From: a virus
IMG/VR virus record: IMGVR_UViG_3300021962_000041
Span: 1-64,000 of that record
Strand: one strand, 5' to 3'
Length of the DNA: 64,000 nucleotides
Positions 10,199 through 20,204 of this stretch are shown here, in pieces (the stretch's first letter is position 1; each line of letters starts with the position of its first letter). The position numbers were made by a program, and so were the translations under genes. The notes under the pieces are model-generated. The model ran no database searches, had not been told where the DNA came from, and saw only the letters and a program-made list of their open reading frames with translations.

Positions 10199-10206
10199 TA
10201 TTTATT
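10199..10206 (-). promoter_or_regulatory. Late promoter (AATAAATA) for g18-g19
   Basis: ATAAATA core upstream of g18. Confidence 0.65.
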
Positions 10207-10245
10207 AAAAAGGTTACTTTCATTGGGGAAATGGTGCGTGAACAC

Positions 10246-10476
10246 TCACCAATCTGGATAATAAGAATCTGGTATATTTTTTATGTTATCTCTAGTTTTT
10301 GTAATTCTTTGTATTGTACAACTTTTACACTCATATGAGTATGATGAAGGAAGAGAACCTCTATCTTTTCTTGTCAGATAATAGTCTTCAATAAGATTTT
10401 TTATTCTTCCACATACTCTACATTTTCTCTCAAAAAATAATAAATGTTCTAATTCTAATTCTTTATCTAGATCCAT
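10246..10476 (-). CDS. Small Zn-finger-like protein (CxxC...CxxC)
   Basis: MDLDKELELEH...CRVC...CKSC; TAATG overlap with g17 stop. Confidence 0.7.
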   Translation of the reverse strand: MDLDKELELEHLLFFERKCRVCGRIKNLIEDYYLTRKDRGSLPSSYSYECKSCTIQRITKTRDNIKNIPDSYYPDW

Positions 10477-12122
10477 TAGTGATATTCCCACATATATGAT
10501 CTATCACCATATTCATCAGTATACCATCTATCTCCAGATTCATCTACAAAAGTTCCTACATCATCTAATCCATCAGCAATAAATCCAAATGGTGCCATGT
10601 CTTGCTCAATTTGATTTTTTTGTTCTTCATAGATTCTTTTACGAACATCATTGTCCGTCATTTCTTTAAAATAATCTTGGGCAACCAACCAAGAGAAAAT
10701 GACAAGACACATTGCCAGATCATCATTACATCCTTCTTCTGCTTCAAATGAATTGTGCTTTTGTGCAAATGTCGTTAACTCTGAAATAATTTCATAATCT
10801 ACTGTGAGTAACTTATCATCTTCCAATAAAGTCTTAAGATTAGAACATCCAAGTTTTTTAACAGCAGCAGTCATTCTCACACCAAGTTGAGATTTTTTAC
10901 CACTAAATCCAGATCCAACAATTTGACCAGCACGACCTCTCATTGCACACATCAGAACATTATCATACTCAAGATCAAAATGTAAAATATTTGCTACTTG
11001 ATCTCCAATATCATTAACTTCAACTAACAACCAAGCATCATTATAACCTTTTGCCACCTCATGAATAATACTTGGAAATAGCATCGGTTTGATTTCGTTA
11101 TTTCGATATTTTGCTACAACTTTATAGGGAAAGTTGGTAATATCAAAAACAATAAACGCTGAATAATCATTACCGAGTCCACGGGCAACGTCTACAGTAA
11201 TTAGATAATTATTTTCTTCTTTCGGATGCTCATAAACATCTAATCCAGCATTTCGTTTGATCGGATCTTCATAAACCAAATTCCTAAGTTTTGATGGATT
11301 AATGAGTGTATTAACAGAACCTAAAAATTCACACTCAAACTCAACCTTGAATTGTTGTTCAGACGTGTTTGCAATCGTCTGCTCCTTCCATGCAGTGTCC
11401 CTTCCGGGCACTTCAGACCAATGAACGTCTGTTGGTACATATTCGTTCTTCCCACGCTCTGAGTCGTGCCACATGCGGTAGAAGTGATTCATACCACGAG
11501 GTGTTGAAACTATGATGACCTTTGTGCTCTGTCCAGAAGAAATAGTAGGATAAACAGAGGCAAAGAAGTCATCAGCAATGTGATTCGGGATGAAAGCGAA
11601 CTCGTCAAGAAAGATGACATTATAGGATCCGCCTCGGACAGCAGATGACGAAGTAGAGTTAGATGAAATTTTGGATCCATTTTCTAATTCTAGCGATCCT
11701 TTGTTCCATGATATAATACCTTGTTGCATCCACTTGGGTAGATTCTCATAAGCAAGTTGTAATCTTCCCAGAAGATCCCTAGCAGTAGATGCTTTGTTGG
11801 CTAGAATAGCTATATTAACATTGTCGTTGAAAACCGCATAATGTAACAAATATGAAACACAAGTAGTTGATTTACCCGTCTGACGGGGCATCTTACAAAT
11901 ATTAAAACGATTCTTATGAAAATTTTCAATTAGTTTCTCTTGGAATGGGTACATGTCAAATGGCACCAGACCATGGTCAAGAGAAACAATCTTAATATAG
12001 TTCTTTGCAAAATAAACAGGATCTTCTTTGCACTTGAGGAATTCAATTACATTTTCCTCAGTGAACTCAATCTGGGTATTTGCTTTCTTAAGGTTTGGAT
12101 TGCCTAGGTAAACTTCACTCAT
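10476..12122 (-). CDS. g17: Terminase large subunit gp17
   Basis: Walker A PRQTGKST, Walker B IFLDEFAF, nuclease DVARG..DYS and DDLAM; uninterrupted. Confidence 0.99.
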   Translation of the reverse strand: MSEVYLGNPNLKKANTQIEFTEENVIEFLKCKEDPVYFAKNYIKIVSLDHGLVPFDMYPFQEKLIENFHKNRFNICKMPRQTGKSTTCVSYLLHYAVFNDNVNIAILANKASTARDLLGRLQLAYENLPKWMQQGIISWNKGSLELENGSKISSNSTSSSAVRGGSYNVIFLDEFAFIPNHIADDFFASVYPTISSGQSTKVIIVSTPRGMNHFYRMWHDSERGKNEYVPTDVHWSEVPGRDTAWKEQTIANTSEQQFKVEFECEFLGSVNTLINPSKLRNLVYEDPIKRNAGLDVYEHPKEENNYLITVDVARGLGNDYSAFIVFDITNFPYKVVAKYRNNEIKPMLFPSIIHEVAKGYNDAWLLVEVNDIGDQVANILHFDLEYDNVLMCAMRGRAGQIVGSGFSGKKSQLGVRMTAAVKKLGCSNLKTLLEDDKLLTVDYEIISELTTFAQKHNSFEAEEGCNDDLAMCLVIFSWLVAQDYFKEMTDNDVRKRIYEEQKNQIEQDMAPFGFIADGLDDVGTFVDESGDRWYTDEYGDRSYMWEYH

Positions 12123-12139
12123 AATAAAACTCCTTTATA

Positions 12140-13414
12140 TTATCTTTGTTCCAACCAGTTAATAACTGCAAGTGCTGCTTTGTTAGCGTTAGGTGAAGCA
12201 CACTGAAGAGTGTAAATATCACTGATTGTTCCAATACCACTTCTACCAATCTGCAATGCTGCTTTTACATCAAGTTCAATCAAGTTGGCACCACCACCAA
12301 TAGTAAATCCTTGAAGAAGAACAACACCACCAGTAGCAGCAGTCGCAGTTGTATCAACTTGAGTGATTGCATCTGGGTTTGGGTGATTTATCCAATTGGC
12401 CCCAGTAAGAGTTGCATTTTCTACCAACCTCCAGAATACATTCGTGTTATCATTAGTTGCTACCTGTAGAGACCTTGGCAACACGATACCTGCCAGAGCA
12501 GTAGATTTCAAACGCAAACTTAAAACAGGATAGAATGTATTTGCTGATGACATTGTAGTGCCAGTAATAGGATTGGCATAACTGACAAGAGTTCCAAGTT
12601 TTTCTGGTTCACCTTCTTGGATCAGAGAATTAGAACCCTGATACATGTAATGTGTACCAGCAACACCAGTTATATTCTCCAATGAACATCTGATGGGTAA
12701 AAATGGAGTAGAACTCCAAGGTCTATCACCTACATTAGCAGTATTAATTGTATGGATAGTAATTTTTTCTCCATTAATAATCCAGTTAAATTTAATCTGC
12801 CCAGCACCATACCACTCATAGTCAAAATTGACCATCTGAATTTTTGTTGCATCAGCAGTCTGTTGTGACCATCCAGTGCCGTCTAATTTATCACCATTCC
12901 AATTATCTCTAGTAATTCTATTATCTGTGGTGATACCAGCAGTGGTATTACGAACTACACAAGAATATGTACCTCCATTATCCTCAAAGAAAAATCCATC
13001 AGTATCATTAAATAATCCGATTCTTCTGCGAATGCCAACAACAGGATTTTCAAATCGGATAGCAAATGATAATGATGATGCTCTTCCAGGAATGTATCTC
13101 ATTACACTCCTAGTCTGTCTGATTACTTTGCTGCCAGTGGTAACACCAACAGACATTGTGACATTAGAACTATCTGGGTTATGAACTGCAGAAGCAATTC
13201 CTACAATCCCAGTATCCCAGACATCAGACTCTAATCCATATTGGAAAGTATTAAAGAATACTGTCTGATATGGAGAAGTTTTTAATCTGTTTGAAGAATT
13301 AAAACTTGGTCTCCAATCAGTTTGTTCACCCCAACGATCTGCAATCTGAAAGACTTCAAAAAGTGTTCTTTCCTGATTTAGAAAGTCCTGCGTGTTCTTA
13401 TTCCACTGAGCCAT
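12140..13414 (-). CDS. Hypothetical beta-rich protein, probably virion-associated (424 aa)
   Basis: Long ORF coupled in the g16-g17 insert; T/G/N-rich. Confidence 0.7.
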   Translation of the reverse strand: MAQWNKNTQDFLNQERTLFEVFQIADRWGEQTDWRPSFNSSNRLKTSPYQTVFFNTFQYGLESDVWDTGIVGIASAVHNPDSSNVTMSVGVTTGSKVIRQTRSVMRYIPGRASSLSFAIRFENPVVGIRRRIGLFNDTDGFFFEDNGGTYSCVVRNTTAGITTDNRITRDNWNGDKLDGTGWSQQTADATKIQMVNFDYEWYGAGQIKFNWIINGEKITIHTINTANVGDRPWSSTPFLPIRCSLENITGVAGTHYMYQGSNSLIQEGEPEKLGTLVSYANPITGTTMSSANTFYPVLSLRLKSTALAGIVLPRSLQVATNDNTNVFWRLVENATLTGANWINHPNPDAITQVDTTATAATGGVVLLQGFTIGGGANLIELDVKAALQIGRSGIGTISDIYTLQCASPNANKAALAVINWLEQR

Positions 13415-13725
13415 TAATCACTCCAACCTAATCTTTCTGGGCGATACCTTTGAGAACTTTTAATATTTAAAGAACTTGAATTTGATGGGTAAATATTATG
13501 AACAATGGCACCAGGATATTCTCCTTGAAGTTGTTCTGTGAGTTCATTCTTAGAGGGCATCATCCCTTCTATTTCTAATCTATATATTTTCCCTTCCCAG
13601 ACCACATCTGCAAAGTATGATTCTGCGGCAGGTTCTGGTTGGGAAGATCCTCCTACGTTTAGAGTTCCATTAAAATCACCATTGATAGTGATACTTTCTT
13701 TTAGAAATTGGTTAAAACTTTTCAT
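13414..13725 (-). CDS. Hypothetical protein with capsid-targeting-like N-terminus (103 aa)
   Basis: Starts MKSFNQFLKE. Confidence 0.7.
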   Translation of the reverse strand: MKSFNQFLKESITINGDFNGTLNVGGSSQPEPAAESYFADVVWEGKIYRLEIEGMMPSKNELTEQLQGEYPGAIVHNIYPSNSSSLNIKSSQRYRPERLGWSD

Positions 13726-13728
13726 TGA

Positions 13729-15456
13729 TTAGCACTTCCAGCGACGACGGGCTTTGCAGATTGCCTTATCGGGATCTTTTGAGCAATCTATGTTATGCAT
13801 GTCTTGCTGCCCCTTAGAGCGGGAGCAGAAGGACTTTCTACGCTTAGCATCCTTGCTACCTGGTTTTGGATCTCCAGTTACAGCAGTCTTAAGTTTAGAA
13901 CCTGGGTTCTCACGGCGATATGCTTTGACTGCAGCAGGACTCATACCATCAGTTTTATCACTCTTATTGACGGATTGCCAATCCTCACTAAGTTCTTCTC
14001 TCCAGTTAGAGAATCTTTCCATTTTAATATTTGCTGGTTTTAATCCACTAGAAGATCCACCACGAATATGAACTTTTTCTCCAGGAGGAATCATTTTTTG
14101 AAGTTGTTTTGCTGCGGCAATGTCTGTTGCGGCAGATAATCTAACTTGTTCCTTAACACAATTTGGAACTATTTTTTCACCCTTTTTCTTCATTCCAACT
14201 TGCTTATAACCAACCCAACATTTTTCATTTACAACTGCTTGCATTTGATTTGGTCCAATAATATCAATAAATTGTGCAAAAGTTCTTCCATCTGCTGTTT
14301 GAATATCTAATGATTCATTATGTTCTCCACTTGACACATAATCTGCCGCAGTATCAAGATAGTCTGCTGCTTTTGTAATTTTTGATTGAACCCATGCTTC
14401 TAAATTACCTTCACCCTTTCCCATTTTCTTTTTTAATCTTTTTGCTGCAGCAACTATTGTAGATATTTCGGATCTTGCCATTGAATACTCATGATCCTTT
14501 TCTTCGTTGGCAGGATGAACCTGAGCAATACTAAATTTCATTTGATTATCAGTTAAACCCTGTGCTGGTTGTGAGTATGCTTCCCAAAACTTAGGACCAT
14601 ACTTACATTCAGATTGCATTTCATTCTTTTTACACGCTGGACAATATCTTACCATTTCAACTGATTCTGATTTATTTCCCCAATTAGCAGCACCTACTTT
14701 ACGACACTTGACAAGTGCTCCTGATGCATATGCACTTGGCCAAACACTATATCTTGACTTTACCTTGTTGTAGCAAGCATCTTTTTTACCACTACCTTTT
14801 CCTGGTTTGTCTTTTACTTCTTGCAGGTCCATTTCTTCTGTTCTAACATTTGTTGGTTTTGCACCACCAGACTTTTCTGGTTGATTTGGGTCTAATCTAT
14901 TCTTCCTTCTTCTCGCTGCTTCTTCCTCATCCTTTGAAAGTGCTCTCTTCATTTTTGAACTTCCACACTTTGGGGTTGATGTTTGCCCAGGTTGACGAGC
15001 ACAAGGTTTACCTGCCCATTTACCACCTAATTGAACCCATCCACTTTTACCATCAGAAGATTTTGATTTTCCAAACCAATCACGAAGACCTTCATCTCCA
15101 GATTTGGTTTCTTCTTTTACATCCTTAAATTTTTTGTGATGCTTTTTAGCATCTGCTTCCATTTTTTTCAAACGAGTATAGTAATCTGGAATTTCATCTA
15201 GATGTTGAAGAGCAATCTCCATCGCTAATTTATGATCCTTAGTGTGCTCATGTTCAATTGGTTCTCCCATATCCAGTTGCTTTTGAATGAAAGAAACTTC
15301 AAGACGATGCTTCTTTGCAATCTGTTCAACTGTCTTATATGGTTTTAATTTTTGCTCACTAAGTTTTTTCTTTTTACCTTGGCAATGAGCTTTCTGTGAA
15401 AATCCTTTTGGATTATCACAATCAATAGATCTTTTATATTTTTGCGACCAACTCAT
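13729..15456 (-). CDS. Multi-module basic/Cys-rich protein (575 aa), candidate internal-head polyprotein
   Basis: String of short distinct modules (EHEHT...HLDEIPDYYTRL; DACYNKVKSRYSVWPSAYASG; AYRRENPGSKLKTAV...RRKSFC) under a late promoter. Confidence 0.75.
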   Translation of the reverse strand: MSWSQKYKRSIDCDNPKGFSQKAHCQGKKKKLSEQKLKPYKTVEQIAKKHRLEVSFIQKQLDMGEPIEHEHTKDHKLAMEIALQHLDEIPDYYTRLKKMEADAKKHHKKFKDVKEETKSGDEGLRDWFGKSKSSDGKSGWVQLGGKWAGKPCARQPGQTSTPKCGSSKMKRALSKDEEEAARRRKNRLDPNQPEKSGGAKPTNVRTEEMDLQEVKDKPGKGSGKKDACYNKVKSRYSVWPSAYASGALVKCRKVGAANWGNKSESVEMVRYCPACKKNEMQSECKYGPKFWEAYSQPAQGLTDNQMKFSIAQVHPANEEKDHEYSMARSEISTIVAAAKRLKKKMGKGEGNLEAWVQSKITKAADYLDTAADYVSSGEHNESLDIQTADGRTFAQFIDIIGPNQMQAVVNEKCWVGYKQVGMKKKGEKIVPNCVKEQVRLSAATDIAAAKQLQKMIPPGEKVHIRGGSSSGLKPANIKMERFSNWREELSEDWQSVNKSDKTDGMSPAAVKAYRRENPGSKLKTAVTGDPKPGSKDAKRRKSFCSRSKGQQDMHNIDCSKDPDKAICKARRRWKC

Positions 15457-15470
15457 TAGAATAAAAAGAA

Positions 15471-15887
15471 CTATTCTTTACTATTTAGAAAACCTTGTTT
15501 GAGTAGTTTTGACAATTCTGCAGTTGATCCAACAAATAGAGCATTATTAGTAACATTATTTGTAGTTTTTGGAGAATCCTCTTCGACTTCCTTCAATTTC
15601 TTTTGAAGATCAATTAACTTATCTGTTGTATCAGCAACATTCTTAATAAGTTGTCCCGCAACTTCGTATGCTCTAGGACTGCCACCTTCTCCAGCAAGTT
15701 CCATTATGCCGTTGATTGCTTCTTGACCTTTTTCAATTAAAGAATATAAGTTAGCACGAGTATACTCATAATCTTTTTGTATATCATTATTAGTGTGAGA
15801 CACATTTGTAATACTAGTGTCTTCTGTCTTTACAATCTCCGTTTCTACGTTTAAAGATTGACTGATTTTATCAAAACTATCACTCAT
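15471..15887 (-). CDS. g16: Terminase small subunit gp16
   Basis: DYEYTRANLYSLIEKG, SPRAYEVAGQLIK, NNALFVGSTAEL. Confidence 0.95.
   Translation of the reverse strand: MSDSFDKISQSLNVETEIVKTEDTSITNVSHTNNDIQKDYEYTRANLYSLIEKGQEAINGIMELAGEGGSPRAYEVAGQLIKNVADTTDKLIDLQKKLKEVEEDSPKTTNNVTNNALFVGSTAELSKLLKQGFLNSKE
15482..15489 (-). promoter_or_regulatory. Late promoter (TCTAAATA) for the 575-aa gene
   Basis: CTAAATA at 3' end of g16. Confidence 0.55.
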
Positions 15888-15896
15888 AACAATTCC

Positions 15897-16739
15897 TTAA
15901 ATGTCTGTTTGTAGAGTTGGGCTATAAGTTTTTGAATCTGTAAAATCTTGCCATTCTTCATTGAAACCAAAATCATCATCTGGTTCTACGAATGGATCAT
16001 CTGCTGCTGTAACTTGTCCATCATTATTGTAATCTTGCAGTGCTTTTGGTGTTGCTGTATATCTTACCTCTCTCTTTGCACTTGCAACATTTGTAGTAGT
16101 TGCCATATCGACTTGAACTTTTTTGATAAGTCCTTCTGCATTTTCTGCAATAGCTCCAAACAAGTATGTTTTTGCTGTAAATTGTAGTGTATAGATTATT
16201 GCTCTCCTAGTAGAAAAATCTCCCTCATAATCATCTTGAAAACTAATACTGTCTAAAATAATCGGAATATCTCTTTTTTCCCCAATGGCATCCACTAGAT
16301 CAATTGTAATTGTAAATGATGGTTGAAAATATGGTAATATTTGCTCTACAATTTGAAGTGCATCATCATTCAATTTAGAAAGAATATTTAATTCAAATCC
16401 AATATTATATGGTACGGGCATAAAAACTTTTTTAAGAGTTTGCCCATCAACGGCTTTAAATGTTTGGGTTACCGAAGTTTTTCTAGTTGCATCATATGTA
16501 ATACTATTATGCTCAAATGACATTCTGGGTAATGTAATTTGATATGGTCTGTTTAAATCTTTTTGTTCGGTAATTCTTGCTAGAAACTTTTGAGCTGGTC
16601 CATAGTTTAATGGAACTCTAAGTTCACTTAAAACATTTGAATTTTCATCCTTATGTTTAATGTGAATGTCATTAAACAAAGTACCAAATCCAATTATAGT
16701 TTTTCTAATAATTTCGTGATAAAAATAATTTCCTAGCAT
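15897..16739 (-). CDS. g15: Tail sheath stabilizer gp15
   Basis: YFYHEIIRKTIIGFGTLFN, LPRMSFE, QIVEQILPYFQP. Confidence 0.96.
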   Translation of the reverse strand: MLGNYFYHEIIRKTIIGFGTLFNDIHIKHKDENSNVLSELRVPLNYGPAQKFLARITEQKDLNRPYQITLPRMSFEHNSITYDATRKTSVTQTFKAVDGQTLKKVFMPVPYNIGFELNILSKLNDDALQIVEQILPYFQPSFTITIDLVDAIGEKRDIPIILDSISFQDDYEGDFSTRRAIIYTLQFTAKTYLFGAIAENAEGLIKKVQVDMATTTNVASAKREVRYTATPKALQDYNNDGQVTAADDPFVEPDDDFGFNEEWQDFTDSKTYSPTLQTDI

Positions 16740-18229
16740 TAATAAACTCCAAATGGATTATCCTGACTAAAATCAATAATATCTATTCCTGCATTTTCGA
16801 TTTCATCATTTTGGGCATATGGATCTTCAGTAATAAAATCATCATATTTTCTAACTACCCAAGAAGCACTCGATGCAGACCCTACAATAGATTCTCCTCT
16901 AATAAACTCACCAGATACAATTGATACTAATAATTGTTTACTATTTATATCCCAGTCTCTAACTCTTGCCTGAGCTCCAGATGTTGCACCAATGATAATT
17001 TCATTATACTGATAAGTCCCAACTCCAGCATTATTTGTAATTGCTGATGGTGGTGATATTGTAATTGTTGGTGAAATTAATCTTCCTAGATCATCATATT
17101 CTGGAGTATATCCATATCCAGCATCTCTTATACCTAAGGTGACTATTCCAACATTGGTAGTAGTTGAAATCCCTAATACATTAATGAGATTTGCCACAAC
17201 GACTGCGTTTGTTGATCCTATTCCAGATAAAGTTGGTGACACAGTAACAGATGGTATTGTAAAGTAACCCTTTCCAGAATTGGTAAGATATACGCTTGAT
17301 ATACCAATTAAACCAGTATCATTAATAATACATGTTGCTATAGCTCCAGATCCTTTGCCTGCAACACTTGTAAATGTCAACGTTGGTGGTTCGGTGTATC
17401 CGTATCCTGTATTAGTAATCAAAATTTCATATATTGAATATGCATCTCCAATAGAAGTTGTTATAGCAACTGCTTTTGCATTTGCTGCTGGAACACCAAC
17501 TGGTGATGTTGAAATAGAAACCACAGGAGGTTCTGTATAACCATTACCATCATTCAGCAATATAATTTTCTGAACATATCCAGATCCAAAAGTTGTTACT
17601 CCAACTTTTCCAACTGCAGTCTGAGCATAATCATCATCAATGAGATATAATGTTGTAGTAACATCCTTGATTAATTCATCAACTTCTGGTACAGAAGTAT
17701 CCATGATTTCATCTTCATATTCAAAGAGTTCACATATCAATTCATAAACGTATGTTTTACCCAATTGATAAAAAGGTTTTTCATGCTCTACAAATTTAAC
17801 TTCAAATAATCTTTGTCCAAGTGGAAAATATATCAAATCACCTTCTCTTGGTCTAATTACTAATTCTTCATCTTCGTCGTTATATAACAAATTTGGATTA
17901 TATATTGATGCCATGATTGGTCCAATAAATTCCTCAAACCTCTCTTTTGAAATAGTTAGAGTAACTTCATCTCTTAAAGAGACTCCAAATTTAGTCATGA
18001 TATCTCCAGCACCAGCATACCCTTCATAGTTGTTGACATATGCTTCAATAATAAAATTATCATCAAATTTAGATGATTGAACTTCTCTTAAGATCTTATC
18101 GGTTCTAATCATCTTTCTAGGAATATACATCACATCAAGACCATAGATCTTTAACTGTTCGTTTATTAGATCTTGGACAAGATTTTGCTCAGAAGATAAT
18201 CCTTGACTAAAAAATGGATTTAATGCCAT
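16739..18229 (-). CDS. g14: Neck protein gp14 with internal G/T-rich insertion
   Basis: RPREGDLIYFPL, PFYQLGK.Y.YEL.CELFEY, C-terminal DFSQDNPFG. Confidence 0.93.
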   Translation of the reverse strand: MALNPFFSQGLSSEQNLVQDLINEQLKIYGLDVMYIPRKMIRTDKILREVQSSKFDDNFIIEAYVNNYEGYAGAGDIMTKFGVSLRDEVTLTISKERFEEFIGPIMASIYNPNLLYNDEDEELVIRPREGDLIYFPLGQRLFEVKFVEHEKPFYQLGKTYVYELICELFEYEDEIMDTSVPEVDELIKDVTTTLYLIDDDYAQTAVGKVGVTTFGSGYVQKIILLNDGNGYTEPPVVSISTSPVGVPAANAKAVAITTSIGDAYSIYEILITNTGYGYTEPPTLTFTSVAGKGSGAIATCIINDTGLIGISSVYLTNSGKGYFTIPSVTVSPTLSGIGSTNAVVVANLINVLGISTTTNVGIVTLGIRDAGYGYTPEYDDLGRLISPTITISPPSAITNNAGVGTYQYNEIIIGATSGAQARVRDWDINSKQLLVSIVSGEFIRGESIVGSASSASWVVRKYDDFITEDPYAQNDEIENAGIDIIDFSQDNPFGVY

Positions 18230-18233
18230 AATA

Positions 18234-19070
18234 TCACCCTATCATGTCTAGTGGTGGTAGTTCATACTCTAGTGCCATTCTTTGCTTCAAATCTTGAAGT
18301 TCTCTTTCTGCATCATCGTATAATTCTCTTCCATTCAGTTCTATACCACCAGGAAGTTTAACTCCTCTAAATTTAATTAAATTTTGTCCCCACTGCTTTT
18401 TAATTAAGGCAGTTAGGTATTTTTTTAAGAAACTATCGTTATAGACTTTAGTAAAATTATTTGGATCTAGTATCCTATAGCATTCAAGAACAATCCAAGT
18501 ATCTTTTGATTTTGTATTCCAATCAATATCTAGATATAGTCTATTTTGTCTCTTATTAAATCTTACTTGTTTATCTGTTGTCAATAAAAAGTCAATATCT
18601 TCAAGATAACTTTTTACCATAGCATATTGTAATAGCTCAACTGAATTAAAATAATACAAATCATTTAAGAATAACTGATATTTGATGCTGAACATCCCAG
18701 CGGAAATTGAACTAGTGTCAAATTTAAAAACTTTTTCAACTCCAATAACCGAATCTGGTACTTGGATATAATTTGAGGATTCATAAAAATTAAAAGACGT
18801 ACTTGCTACCCCTACAGAAGTTCCAGATGTTGTTACAATACCAACCCCATCTGGCGCCTTTGCTCTTCCCCTATCCAAATCCGCTTGAGTTATCTTATAC
18901 TTCAAATACATTTTCTCCACACCATCAAAATGACGTTCGTGAAAATACTGCAGAGCATCATCAACTAAATCATCTATTTGTTCGTCAGCAACATTTATTT
19001 CTAAAACTGGTGCTCCAAGTTGCCTTAAGCAATAATCAATCAATCCTTGCCTTGTAGATGCTTGTGCCAT
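18234..19070 (-). CDS. g13: Neck protein gp13
   Basis: YCLRQLGAPVLEINV, QWGQNLIKF..V.LPGG. Confidence 0.96.
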   Translation of the reverse strand: MAQASTRQGLIDYCLRQLGAPVLEINVADEQIDDLVDDALQYFHERHFDGVEKMYLKYKITQADLDRGRAKAPDGVGIVTTSGTSVGVASTSFNFYESSNYIQVPDSVIGVEKVFKFDTSSISAGMFSIKYQLFLNDLYYFNSVELLQYAMVKSYLEDIDFLLTTDKQVRFNKRQNRLYLDIDWNTKSKDTWIVLECYRILDPNNFTKVYNDSFLKKYLTALIKKQWGQNLIKFRGVKLPGGIELNGRELYDDAERELQDLKQRMALEYELPPLDMIG

Positions 19071-19660
19071 CAGTAAAATCCTCCATCTATACTATCAGTC
19101 CAAACTGGAATATTACTTTCATTTGTTGTTAATAACAAATTAGTTGTTTGGATACCAACAGAAGGAGTTGCAGTTGCTACTATTTCTGCATTTGGTCCAA
19201 AATATGCAATACCATATGTGTTTCCAACACCAGCTTGTACAGTTGTAATACCAGTTAGTGCTATATTATCAACATGTAATGATTTCCATCTTTGAGATGG
19301 TGATCCCAAATCATATGTGTTATCTAAGTTTGGAACAATATTAGAATTAACTTCTCCAGTAAATACAATGTTATCTGTAGTTGTATTACCAAGTCCTAAA
19401 ACGCCACCATAAAAAATAGTATTACCAATAAATCTTGAAGTTCCTTCTACTTGAAAATCATTTTGAACATAAACATCATCCCAAAATGTTGTTACTCCCA
19501 GAAAATTCGCTGGTCCATCAACAGTTAAATCTGTAGTAGTTACAATCCCACCTGTAACATTAGACGCATTGATTGCAAGAATGGGTAAATCTGGAGCACC
19601 GAATGCTGTAATAACTTTTATTCTGTTTTCTTGCCCTATCCGTACCGGTATCCTAGGCAT
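19070..19660 (-). CDS. Hypothetical virion/fibre-like protein (196 aa)
   Basis: YDLGSPSQRWK fibre-type motif, C-terminal IDGGFY; coupled to g13. Confidence 0.7.
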   Translation of the reverse strand: MPRIPVRIGQENRIKVITAFGAPDLPILAINASNVTGGIVTTTDLTVDGPANFLGVTTFWDDVYVQNDFQVEGTSRFIGNTIFYGGVLGLGNTTTDNIVFTGEVNSNIVPNLDNTYDLGSPSQRWKSLHVDNIALTGITTVQAGVGNTYGIAYFGPNAEIVATATPSVGIQTTNLLLTTNESNIPVWTDSIDGGFY

Positions 19661-19998
19661 CAGTAAGTGACTCCTTTTCTTACAAATACCATTCCTTCAA
19701 CGACCTTAGTTTTCTTTGAACCATCATCTAAAACCACATCATATACATATCTACCCTCTTTTAAAGTAGAAGTTTGATTAGCAGTTAAACTTATGGAAAT
19801 AACACCCTCACTAACAACTACAAAGCTCACAGCAAAACCAACTTTATTGGTGCTGTACGGATGTTTTCCTAATTTAGCTTCACCAGTAAAACCACTAAGA
19901 TTTAAAGCACTATTACCAGAACTACTAGCCAAAGTAAAAATTTGTTCGAAATCTGTCCCTGTATTAATTACTAAATTGTTAACATAAACAGCAGACAT
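19660..19998 (-). CDS. Small Ig-like virion protein (112 aa)
   Basis: GRYVYDV, VVEG motifs common in cyanophage tail-associated proteins. Confidence 0.7.
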   Translation of the reverse strand: MSAVYVNNLVINTGTDFEQIFTLASSSGNSALNLSGFTGEAKLGKHPYSTNKVGFAVSFVVVSEGVISISLTANQTSTLKEGRYVYDVVLDDGSKKTKVVEGMVFVRKGVTY

Positions 19999-20021
19999 TT
20001 TGAATACTTAAGTATTTAAAC

Positions 20022-20029
20022 TATTTATG
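20022..20029 (-). promoter_or_regulatory. Late promoter (CATAAATA)
   Basis: ATAAATA core upstream of neck operon. Confidence 0.55.
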
Positions 20030-20204
20030 AATGATCTAGATTTAAATCAACCAACACCTCTTGTTGCTTCATATACAATTTTACATAAGATTTTGTCATA
20101 TTTCTAAGAAATTCTAAATCTTCACATCCATCAATTTCTCGACTAATTTTTTCATATTCAAAAAGTTTATTGACATCACTTAAAATAATTTTATTTGGAT
20201 CCAT
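20025..20204 (-). CDS. 59-aa helical protein, possible NblA-like phycobilisome degradation adaptor
   Basis: Not in track. MDPNKIILSDVNKLFEYEKISREIDGCEDLEFLRNMTKSYVKLYMKQQEVLVDLNLDHS. ORF is solid; the NblA resemblance is tentative. Confidence 0.5.
   Translation of the reverse strand: MDPNKIILSDVNKLFEYEKISREIDGCEDLEFLRNMTKSYVKLYMKQQEVLVDLNLDHS

Noticed and set aside
1935-12122. Introns or inteins in g23, g20, g17
   Set aside because: Lengths are normal and motifs contiguous
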